DNA from: Macrostomum lignano
Lineage: Eukaryota
NCBI GenBank assembly: GCA_002269645.1
Contig: NIVC01002489.1
Coordinates: forward strand, 1 to 26,665
DNA length: 26,665 nucleotides
Reading direction: 5' to 3'
Shown: positions 1-9,865 of the stretch, in pieces
How positions within the stretch are numbered: the stretch's first letter is position 1
Layout of the letters: every line of letters begins with the position of its first letter
Translations under genes and position numbers: made by a program
Notes under the pieces: generated by a model
Database searches by the model: none
Told to the model about the DNA's origin: nothing
What the model saw: the letters and a program-made list of their open reading frames with translations, nothing else

Positions 1-1923
1 ATTGACATCAGACTCGGTCTTCTGCCGCCGGAGCGCTCCTGGCATCATCGGTCACGATGACAAGCGGCCGATCGCGGCGGGTACCGGCACCGTGCGCCTG
101 CCTCGGCGGATCAGCCAGCCGCTGTCGGAGTCGTCGTCGGCGGCGGCGTCGTCGGTCTCACTTGACACTGGGGCAGCAGCGGCCGCAGCTTCCGCAGCTC
201 GCGCCGCGGCTTTGGCCTCAGCAGCCGCTCTGGTCGCCTTGTCGTGCTCCGCCTTGGCGACGGTGCAGGCTCGACTGGTGGTTCGGTGCGAGCCGCCGCA
301 GTTGGCGCAGACCGCTGGGCCCTCGTGCTGGCACTCCTTCCAGGAATGCTGGCCGCCGCAAATCCGGCAGCGCTGCTGCCCCGACACTGAGCAGCGCGGT
401 GGCCGAACTCCTGGCAGCGCTGGCATTGCAGAGCGCGACCGGCTCGTCTGTGCGGCTGTCCTCGCAGTTGAACTTCAAGAAGTCGGTGCAGATGCCATCG
501 CGGAGGCACTTCTCGTAGGTCATCGCCGACTTTGTGAAGATGCGCACGAACTGGGTTGCCTTTCCAGTCGCTCTGGCTCGGATTCTGTGGACGCTGACAA
601 TGTCCAGCTTGAGCGTGCGCGCAACAGGGTCGCGAAGTCAGCCTCCGAGAATGCGAGGGGCACCTCAGTAGCGACGAAGGTGCGTACCGGCTTGCTGCTG
701 CACTCTGTCGGGCCTGTTCTGTTGTCCAGCGGTCGGGCTCGGGCTGGACGGCGCCTTTACGGGATGCTCGAGCAGCTTCTCCTCGCGCAGCGCGCCGCCC
801 AGGAAGACGTTTGTAGTCCCGCTCGCGACGCTGGAACACGAGATAGGCCGGCTGATTCGCCATCGGCGCAGTGTTGACGGCTCTAGCTTCGCCGGCAAAG
901 TTGGTCTGCAGCCAGGCAACGAACTGCATCAGCTTGTTGGCCGCGTCCCGGTGCACCTCAAAAACGATCGGCGGGATGGCAGCCTGGGGCCTTCTGGGCG
1001 GCGCAGGGCGCGCCGCAACCTGCGCGTAGGGCCGCGCTGCCGCAGCCGCCTGCGCGCTTGTCGCCGAAGCCGCCGCCGCACGGCCGGCCATGAAGCCGCC
1101 GAAGCCGCCGCCGCCACCGGACGCCGCGCCGCGACCTCCTCGCCTGCCTCGCTGGTGGCCGCCACGGCGCGCGCGACCCGATCGCTTTCGCGGTCTCGCG
1201 TCGCCGTCGCCTGCCGCTCCTGGGGCCTGTCGTCGCCCCGGCCGCCCTGGTCGTCGTCGTGGCCGCCTTGGTCGTCGTCCCGACCGCCTTGGTCGTCGCC
1301 GAATGGGCCGCCGTTGAGCGGCTGGCTGTAGGTCGGATCATCCGGCAGAGCTCGCTTGCGCCGCAGCTCCGGCTTGGTGACACGGAATGTTAGCGAGATG
1401 CGGACGCCATTCTGAGAGTGGGCGGCGGGCACCTGGTGCTGCAGGCGTTTCTGGCAGTTTCCTGCCATCAGAATCAGCGAGCCTGGCAGCGTTGGAAAGC
1501 GGTGCGTCACGTTGCCGTCCGACGGCGCAGCATGAACAGCCGCTCAGCGCCGAAGGACACGGTCGCGATCGTCGGCCTGTCGCCGAGCTCATCCTCATCG
1601 TCCGAGTGCCAGGGAATCCGGTCTCCCGGCTCGGTGTAGAAGTTCACCAACACGGAGTTGAACTTCGGGACATCGAACTGGGTATCATGGTAAATGAAGT
1701 CACGAATGTCTTCAATTACCTGATGCCAGTTTAGATTTTCCTTCAGCTCAACCCCGCTGTAGGTGTACGACGGGCCGATCCAGTAGACGCGGCGCTGCTC
1801 ACTCGGACGATGCTGAAAGGCTTGAGGCAGCAGGTCGGTGATCAGACGCTCGTAGACTTGGTCCGCGACCTCGCTCAGAAACTTGGGCGCGTAGATTATC
1901 GTACTGTCGCTGGCGTAGATCGT
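1..1923 (-). pseudogene. ORF1 fragment of LINE copy A (AlkB domain 1382..1923, gag-like zinc knuckles ~270..430); no start codon
   Basis: Same peptides as ORF1 of B/C (TIYASDSTIIYAPKFL, HQVPAAHSQNGVRISLTFR, CRICGGQHSWKEC, CANCGGSHRTTSRAC) spread over several frames. A TAG lies immediately upstream of TIYASD at the deletion junction. Confidence 0.9.
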
Positions 1924-2010
1924 CTAAGGGTTGGGGCGACTACAAGATAAAATCTTGGGGGATGGGGCGGCCTGGGAGAGATAAGCAATGTACAGTGGAA
2001 TAAACAGAGT
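1..2010 (-). mobile_element. LINE copy A: partial, runs off the left edge, with an internal deletion of the ORF1 N-terminus and a diverged 5' UTR remnant at ~1926..2010
   Basis: 1..1925 aligns almost base-for-base with copy B ~13014..14938. It then jumps to a diverged version of the B 5' UTR (GGGGCGACT(A/G)CAAGATAA...AATGTACAGTGGAAT; B ~15562..15628). Confidence 0.95.
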
Positions 2011-2021
2011 TAGCTATGAAG

Positions 2022-2392
2022 TTTAAGATAGAACCAACATTAGAAATTATAAATTGCTCTCTCTAGAGCGTTATGGACATTCATTCAGGCATACAAACCT
2101 TAGAGATTTAGTATATTTAGATTTAAGATAGAACCAACATTAGAAATTATAAATTGCTCTCTCTAGAGCGTTATGGACATTCATTCAGGCATACAAACCT
2201 TAGAACTTTAGTATATTTAGACTAGAGCGTTATGGACATTCAAGCAAGCAAGCATACAAACCTTAGAGATTTAGTATATTTAGATTTAAGATAGAACCAA
2301 CATTAGAAATTATAAATTGCTCTCTCTAGAGCGTTATGGACATTCATTCGGCATACAAACCTTAGAGATTTAGTATATTTAGATTTAGAAGA
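2022..2392 (-). repeat. Tandem short units (100 bp and ~63 bp) made of the Helitron 5' end
   Basis: Units start at 2022, 2122, 2222 and 2285. Each ends in TAGTATATTTAGA (minus: 5'-TCTAAATATACTA) and shares CTAGAGCGTTATGGACA...CATACAAACCTTAGA with the full Helitron copies. Confidence 0.8.
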
Positions 2393-2768
2393 CTAGCTAA
2401 TTAGAGCTGGCTGCCAGCAGCCAGAATAATTTTTTTATTGCCCCCTTTAAGTGGAGCGGAGTGAGTTTTCTTATCAGTTGGCTCTGGCGCAATCAATTAA
2501 AATCGGCAGTGGTTTCTGGCTGATAAAATTTGCATTGAAAAAGGCCATTTAAAACAGTTTTTCGATCCCTTTAATCCCTTTAATCCCTATTTAATCCCTT
2601 TAGCATTGAAGCAGATACAAGAAATTTTAACTGTCTTCTTTCCAGACAATTTTGAATCTTTTGGCGAAAACGCGATCAAAATCGGTGAAGAATTGCTCTC
2701 TCTAGAGCGTTATGGACATTCATTCAAGCAAGCATACAAACAAACCTTAGAGATTTAGTATATTTAGA
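2393..2768 (-). mobile_element. Non-autonomous Helitron (~376 bp)
   Basis: On the minus strand it begins TC (TCTAAATATAC) and ends with hairpin GCTGG-CAG-CCAGC (2406..2418), 9 nt, then CTAG. Flanked by A^T with no TSD. Near-identical copies at 8123..8476 and 8531..8913. Confidence 0.8.
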
Positions 2769-2775
2769 TTAGAAG

Positions 2776-2908
2776 ATTTTAACTGTCTTCTTTCCAGACA
2801 ATTTTGAATCTTTTGGCGAAAACGCGATGAAAATCGGTGAAGAATTGCAGTCTCTAGAGCGTTATGGACAAGCAAGCATACAAATATTAGAGATTTAGTA
2901 TATTTAGA
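2776..2908 (-). mobile_element. Truncated Helitron copy (5' part)
   Basis: Repeats ATTTTAACTGTCTTCTTTCCAGACAATTTTGAATC...TAGTATATTTAGA of the preceding copy. Confidence 0.75.
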
Positions 2909-3420
2909 CTAGCCATTTAGCCCCCGCTGGGGAGCCCTAAAATGACACCAATTGGTTTTTATTTTGACGCAAGAGTAACCTTACTATAATTATCCAAAAT
3001 GTTGATTTCCATTAATCAAAAATTACCTTTTCTCATTTTGGCAAAAATAAATTGCCATGAATCAGAACTTTCATCAGCCAAAAAAGGTTCCTTCATCAGC
3101 CCAAAACCCTTTCTCAATCAGCAAATAGTGCTTATCCTTTCAAGCACAAACTCTTAGTGCATATCGTCGCTGGCCGGGGCATATTCTTATCCGCAGCAAA
3201 TATGCAAATCACTGACGGCCTTAGACCCTCTCTTTTAATTAGCCTAAATCAAAGAATGAAACCTTTAATAAATGCGCTGGTATTTCCTATTAGCAGAAAT
3301 CAGCATCACTTGTGTGTACTATTTCAATATCTGAACTACATGAGCTACTTCAGCCGTACTACCTGACTATCTGACAATCGCCCAACAACCTAACACCCCT
3401 AACAATTCAGCCATCATCCA

Positions 3421-5532
3421 TGAGCCTTGTCATCTTAGCAATTCCCCCAGTAAGCCTTGTCATCTTAACAATTCCCCCAGTAAGCCTTGAAATCTCAGCA
3501 ATTCCCCAAGTAAGCCTTGACAAGAATTGCTAAGAATTGCTAAGAATACTTAGCTAACAATTGCTAATACTTGCTAAGAATTGCTGAGAAGCCTCGAGAT
3601 CTCAGCAATTCCCCAGTAAGCATTGACATCTCAGCGATTCTCCCAGTAAGCCTTGAAATCTTAGCAATTCCCCCAGAAAGAATTCACATCTTAGCAATTG
3701 CCGCAGTAAGCCTTGAAATCGCTGCAATTCCCCCAGTAAGCCTTAACATCTCAGCAATTCCCCAATAAGCCTTGACATCTGAGGAATTCCCCCAGTAAGC
3801 CTTGAAATCTAAGCATTTCCCCAGTAAGCCTTGAAATCTCAGCATTCCCCCAGAAAGCCTTCACATTTTAGCAATTCCCAGTAAGACTTGACATCTTAGC
3901 AATTCCCAGTAAGACTTGACATCTCAGCAGTTCCCCCATTAAGCATCGACATCGCAGCAATTAAACTCGAGCCTTGACATCTACGCAGTTCTCTCAGCTG
4001 AGTAAGCCTTGACATCCCAACAACCCAACTCCCCTCCCCAAGAATTCAGCAATCCCCTTATGAGCCTTGATATCTCTGCAATTTCTTCATAAGCCTTGTC
4101 AACTCAGTGATTCCATTCATGAGCTTTGATATCTTAGCAACTCCCATCTTAGCAAGTCTTTAGTTGATGGTTAACAGAGTGGTTATTCTATGATTGAACC
4201 AAAACTGACCCTAAGCCCCTAACCCTAACCCATAAGTGAGTCTTGGCATGTTAGCAATCTCCCCCGTGAGCCTTGAGCCTGAGCATTTAAGTAACTTCCT
4301 CATAAGCTTTGAAATCTAAATTTCACCGAAAGCCTTGAACTGTCAGCAATTCCCTAAGAGCCAAAGCATATAACTAATTCGCCCCTTTAATCTTTGAAAT
4401 TCCTTGATAAATCATTTATGATTGACACGACGATCGCTCTATAATTAAACTCAAATCCTAACCCTTAACCTGCAGCCGAGTCACAGCATTTCAGCAACTC
4501 CCCCTCTCAGTCCAAGAATTTCAGCAATTCCCCAATGAGCTTTTGAAATCTTAGCAATTTTCCCATGAGCATGAAACTTTAGCGACTAACCTTTTGATAT
4601 CTTGGCACTTTCACATGAGTCTTATGGTTGAAAACTAACCCTGCCAAGTCACAGCATTTCAGCAATTCCCACCGTAAACCACAGCATTTCAACAAATACC
4701 CAATGAACCTTGACATTTCGTGAATTTCAGCTATTCGCTTTAGGAGCCTTTGAAATCTCAGTCATTCCCCCGTGAACCTTAGCATCTCAGCAATACCCAA
4801 GAGTCACAGCCTACAGCATTACAGGGATCCCCCGTGAGCTTTGAAATCTCAGCTATTCCCCAATGAGCCTTGATATCTCAGCAACTCCTATTTGAGCCAC
4901 AAAATTTCGGCATTATGAGCAGGTACTGCAATCACAACAATCCCCTGTGCATTGAGCCACATTATAATTCGGATATCCCCCCACGATCCTTTACAACTTA
5001 GCAATTCCCCAATGAGTATTTAATGTTAGACAGGCCTATTCATTTATATGGTTTACGTCTTACTCTTACCCTAACAATGTCGGCAATTCCCTCAAGAGCC
5101 ACAGCATTCCAGAAATTATTTCCATGAGCCTTGACAGCAAATAATTTTAATGAGCCTTGATACCTCAGAAATTTCTCAAATGGAATTTGAAATCAAAGCA
5201 ATTCTGCCCAGAATCACATCAGTATAGAAATTTCCCTCTGAGACTTGACAAGACATCTCAGAATTTCTCTCATGGGCCTTGATCTGGCCCATGGCCCAGT
5301 AAGCCTTGAAATCTCAATAATTCCCCAGTAAGCCTTGACATCTCAGAAATTCCCTCATTAAGATCGACATCGCAGCAATTGAACTTAAGCTTTGAAATCA
5401 AAGCAATTCTCCCCAGAATCACATCATTATAGCAATTACCGCTGAGCCTTGAGATCTTAGAAATTCTCCCATGAGTCTTGATATCACAGAAATTTTCCAT
5501 ACCAGCCTTGACATCTTAGCAATTCACATTGA
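3421..5532. repeat. Degenerate ~30-bp minisatellite (consensus ~TAAGCCTTGACATCTCAGCAATTCCCCCAG)
   Basis: Exact 30-bp period at 3421/3451/3481. Well preserved to ~3960 and again at ~5290..5530, decayed in between, with a short AATTGCTAAG sub-repeat at ~3525..3590. Confidence 0.85.
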
Positions 5533-5646
5533 GTATTTTATTCTCGACAGACCGCTTCTTTTATGGTTGACATGATGATTCTTTTGTCGCTTTTTCTTGT
5601 GTTGAGTTTTCTTCTGTTTAAAGTAGCATTTATTAAAAACTTACAG

Positions 5647-5749
5647 TGGTTTACCATCACTTTAGCAATGGTTTACCATCACTTTAGCGATGGTTCACCA
5701 GCAATTTAGCAATGGTTCACCAGCAGTTTAGCAATGGTTCACCGGCACT
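5647..5749. repeat. 22-bp tandem repeat, ~4.7 copies (TGGTT(T/C)ACCA(T/G)CA(C/A/G)TTTAGC(A/G)A)
   Basis: Units start at 5647, 5669, 5691, 5713 and 5735. Confidence 0.85.
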
Positions 5750-6063
5750 GTTCCGCAAAATCTGGGAGCAGATGGCTACTGATCTCCATATGCTTCTCAA
5801 TAATCGAAACCATTTGAAATGTTTGCAACTTGCAGTTTAAAATTGATTTGCAATTCTCTTGCATATTTATTAATTCATTGTACGTCAGATTAGCACTGCT
5901 CACCCAGATTAGACCCTTTGCAAATTAGTATTTACAGCAGATTAGCACTGCTCTAGAAGACTAACGCAGCCCCAGCAAAAGTATCTTTAAATTTAAGTGT
6001 TTACCATCTCCATGAATCTGCATAGGATGCAATCATTATTGTCACAGGTCACAAAGATAAATT

Positions 6064-6152
6064 CGCTGCTTCAATGCAGGCTCGAACTGCTGACATCAAA
6101 GCATTCTGTTTGCTTCTGCTTGATACTGCCTGCCTACTGCGGCTATTGTGCC
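6064..6152 (-). mobile_element. Possible decayed tRNA-derived SINE head
   Basis: Minus strand CAATAGGCACAATAGCCGCAGT (A-box-like) ... AGTTCGAGCC (B-box-like); the start is shared with the 7081..7161 copy. Confidence 0.4.
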
Positions 6153-7080
6153 TATTGACATGTGGTCGAAATAATCTAGTTTAGCAACTTCAGCCGTTTG
6201 AAGTTAACCCCGGAAATCGGCATTTATCCCCACAACAACCTGAAATTATCCCTTCATCTAATCCCGCAAAAAGACTGCAGTTATTTCTTAGCAGCCAGCA
6301 TTTATCATCCACTTTGCATTTTAAAACTTTTATTAAAATTAAGAATGCATACCCTCAGCGGCATAGAATTGTCCCCTTAGCCAAAAATATTTCACTTAGC
6401 AGCCGCAGAAATCCCCTAAACAACTTGTACTTAATCTTCCACAGTAAATATCCACTCAAAACTCAATACTTAGTTATAAGCCTCAGAAGTCTGCCATTAT
6501 CCTCTAATTAGTCCGCAGTTTTCCCTCTCAGCAGTCTGCAGCTATACGCTCATACGTCTGGAGGAACTACCTCAGCAGTTTGCAGTTGTTTCCCCTTTGC
6601 AATCTGCAATGATCCCTTCGACAGTCTGCAGTTCCCCTCAGCAGTCTGCAGTCATTTCATTTTCAGTCTACAACTGTACCATTAACGATTTTCATTCATT
6701 CTCTCAGCAGCCTGCAGTTCTCCTCTCGGCCGGCTCCTCCTCTTTGCAGTCTCCTCTGCAAACTGCAATTTGCTCAGAATTGTACGGCTCACTAATCAAT
6801 TTTCGATACATATCGGCAGTCTTGAAAAGCTCAGCATTTAGCAGCATTGTCTGCAGTTTAGTAATTTCGTACTTTTATGGAGCTAGACAATACCCATTGA
6901 TGGGATCAGTTATACTCAAAGCAGTTTTTACAAATCAAATTTGATTAGTGGCTTGTGCCGAGTAGCAAAAAATGAATTGCTAATTAATAAAAAAATGTTT
7001 CAATTGAAATTAAATAAAAAATGTTTCAATTAGTCCAGGCACAAGCTATAAATTATTGAATTATTTGAATTTTTATTATC

Positions 7081-7161
7081 CGCCGGGGAGGCAGACTCGA
7101 ACCTTGGACCTTACGTCTAGCCTAAACCTAGTCCTAGTGCCTACACTGCGGCTACTCCGCC
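7081..7161 (-). mobile_element. Possible tRNA-derived SINE head
   Basis: Minus strand GGCGGAGTAGCCGCAGTG (A-box-like) ... GGTTCGAGTC (B-box). The acceptor stem does not close, so this is not a functional tRNA. Confidence 0.5.
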
Positions 7162-7494
7162 TATTGATGGGAGGACAACAAAATCAGCCATATATGCTTC
7201 AGAACTGCAGTTAAATACATAGCAGTGATAGGCTGCTCAGTGTGTAGGCGTGCAGGCGGAGCCAATGCACAGTTGATTGAGTGAAATCTATAAATAGCAA
7301 TTTTCTATGGAGTCCGCCAGTCAGAGCCAGGGTCAGAATGTACACACGCAGCCACTGAGCATTTTTTCTCCTTGCACACTGCAACCAGTATTGAAGCTTA
7401 CACAGTGGAGAGAGAAAAGTTATAGCGCAATCATAATTGGAATTGGAATTCAGCCAGTCCAGTCAAGAATTCAACCTAGTTTGCCCTACCATTA

Positions 7495-9126
7495 AAAGCA
7501 TTGGGAAAACTCGTTTTTCGAATATTTAATACCTTTAGCATTAAAGCCGATTAAAGAAATTTCAACTGTCTTCTTTCCAGATAATTACAAATCTTTTCGT
7601 AAAAACGCGATTAAAATTGGTCAATGGTTCTATCTCTAGAACGTTACACGAATACTAACACAAATTCTCTTCCAGTGAAAGTCACACGAAGCAGCTATGA
7701 CATAATCAAATACAAATCAGAATTCAGTCAGTCGGTTTTTTCTCTAGCATTCTTACAGCGCATTTCAAGTCGAAAGAGCTGCTTGACCTTTGCAAAAAAG
7801 CATGTTTTTCGAATATTTAATCCCTTTAGCATTGAAGCAGATTAAAGAAATTTTAACCGTCTTCTTTCCAGACAATTTTAAATCTTTTGGCGAAAACGCG
7901 ATCAAAATCGGTGAAGAATTGCCATCTCTAGAGCGTTATGGACATACAAACCTTAGAGATTTAGTATATTTATACAAGCATACAAATATTAGAGATTTAG
8001 TATATGTAGATAGAATAGAATAGATAGAAGATAGATTAGAATAGATAGAAGATAGAAGACTAGAGCGTTATGGACAAGCAAGCAAGCAAGCATACAAATA
8101 TTAGAGATTTAGTATATTTAGACTAGCTAATTAGAGCTGGCTGCCAGCAGCCAGAATAATTTTTTTATTGCCCCCCTTTAAGTGAGGCCCAGTGAGTTTT
8201 CTTATCAGTTGGCTCTGGCGCAATCAATTAAAATTGGCAGTGAAGTTTTTCGCTGATAAAATTTGCATTGAAAAAGGCCATTTAAAACAGTTTTTCGAAT
8301 ATTTAATCCCTTTAGCATTGGAGCAGATTAAAGAAATTTTAACCGTCTTCTTTCCAGACAATTTTGAATCTTTTGGCGAAAACACGATCAAAATCGGTGA
8401 AGAATTGCAATCTCTAGAGCGTTATGGACATTCAAGCAAGCAAGCATACAAACCTTAGAGATTTAGTATATTTAAATTAGATTAGAAGATAGAAGATAGA
8501 AGATTAGAAGATAGATAGATAGAAGATATACTAGCTAATTAGAGCTGGCTGCCAGCATCCAGAATAATTTTTATTGCCCCCCTTTAAGTGGAGCGGAGTG
8601 AGTTTTCTTATCAGTTGGCTCTGGCGCAATCAATTAAAATTGGCAGTGAAGTTTCTGGCTGATAAAATTTGCATTGAAAAAGGCCATTTAAAACAGTTTT
8701 TCGAATATTTAATCCCTTTAGCATTGAAGCAGAGTAAAGAAATTTTAACTGTCTTCTTTCCAGACAATTTTGAATCTTTTGGCGAAAACACGATCAAAAT
8801 CGGTGAAGAATTGCAATCTCTAGAGCGTTATGGACATTCAAGCAAGCAAGCATACAAACCTTAGAGATTCATTCATTCAAGCATACAAACCTTAGAGATT
8901 TAGTATATTTAGATTGCAATCTCTAGAGCGTTATGGACATACAAACCTTAGAGATTTAGTATATTTGGATTAGAAGATTAGATAGATAGAAGAATTAGAA
9001 GATTGAAAAAAATCGGTTCAGGCATTCAGGCTGTAGACTGGAATACCGGTCAAACCTTAGAGATTTAGTATATTGTGATTTAGATTTAGAAGATTAGAAG
9101 ATTAGAAGAGATTTAGTATATTTAGA
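7495..9126 (-). mobile_element. Cluster of full, truncated and diverged non-autonomous Helitron copies with TAGA/TAGAA stutters
   Basis: Diverged copy ~7495..7655, partial ~7790..8010, 63-bp mini unit 8060..8122, full copies 8123..8476 and 8531..8913, fragments to 9126. Same termini as 2393..2768. Confidence 0.8.
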
Positions 9127-9213
9127 AGTACCTTTTCTTGGAAGTAATTCCTTTCGAATCGAAGTAATCTCACCATGGAAATTATTGTTAAAATGAGGTA
9201 CACTGCTGCGTTA
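9127..9213 (-). pseudogene. Decayed relic of an older LINE 3' tail (9184..9213) joined to a U5 3'-half-like sequence (9127..9183)
   Basis: Minus strand TAACGCAGCAGTGTACCTCATTTTAACAAT|AATTTCCATGGTGAG...CTTCCAAGAAAAGGTACT. Compare the intact junction TAACTGCAGCAGAGT...ACCTCGTTTTAACAAC|AAAGATTTCCGTGGAGAG...CTTCCAAGAAGGGGTACT. Confidence 0.7.
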
Positions 9214-9239
9214 GAGTAATTACTTTTGACTTCATTAGT

Positions 9240-9308
9240 ACCCCTTCTTGGAAGGGGTTTCACAAATCAGGGAACACTCATTGAATGTTCCTCTCCACGG
9301 AAATCTTT
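9240..9308 (-). ncRNA. U5: U5 snRNA 3' half (host-type), displaced by the LINE insertions
   Basis: Minus strand AAAGATTTCCGTGGAGAGGAACATTCAATGAGT matches animal U5 after loop I (AAAGAUUUCCGUGGAGAGGAACA). Followed by Sm-like GATTTGTG and hairpin ACCCCTTC-CAA-GAAGGGGT. Confidence 0.88.
9293..9308. repeat. 16-bp direct repeat CTCCACGGAAATCTTT (TSD or element-borne U5 sequence); also at 15745..15760 and 23143..23158
   Basis: Exact 16-mer at all three element junctions; it is U5 sequence immediately 3' of loop I. Confidence 0.92.
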
Positions 9309-9865
9309 GTTGTTAAAACGAGGTGCCGTCGAAACCGGCGCGGGTCAGTTCCGAAGAACTCTGCTGCAGTTATATTTTGTATTTGATCGAAAGAATTAAA
9401 AATATTTACAAGATTTCGATTTGAATATTTATACGAATATTGAAATTAAAAATATACATATATAAAACTATTTTTCAATATTTTGCAGTATTTTGCACGC
9501 ATTTGGGGATAAAAAAGAGGGGAGGGAAATCCCGCACAAAGAAGGGATCTAATAAAAGCAGGACATCTAAAAAATACGTGCTTGATATTTGAAGGCCTAT
9601 TGAGAGTAAAAGCAAGACATTTAAGTAAAAAAATAGAGATTAAGAATGCAATAGCGCATATTTGAATTTAGTTGTAAAAATAGAATGAATATAGTAAAGG
9701 TGTAAAAAAGCAATTAGTGATATTTGTAGAGCAGTTGGGTAAAAAACACAGTTGGGAAAATTGTAAAAAGAAACGCGAGGAGACATAGAGATTACCTAAT
9801 CAGTCCTAATGACTGATCAACCGATCTCTGTCTCAGGCAGCAAGTTTAGTTTTATTAGTTGCGTT

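Noticed and set aside
4205-4235. Telomeric repeat (CCCTAA-like)
   Set aside because: Only two or three imperfect units inside a decayed minisatellite; too short to call an interstitial telomere.
7081-7161. Functional tRNA gene
   Set aside because: A- and B-box-like words are present, but the acceptor stem and anticodon arm do not form a proper cloverleaf.
7624-8864. Repeated small ORFs (FFEYLIPLALKQ...)
   Set aside because: They lie inside non-autonomous Helitron copies with variable ends and frames; no Rep/helicase motifs.
9309-9323. Element tail CTCGTTTTAACAAC mimicking U5 loop I (TTCGCCTTTTACT)
   Set aside because: The similarity is limited to TCG and TTTTA, too short to distinguish from chance, and it would not rebuild stem Ic.
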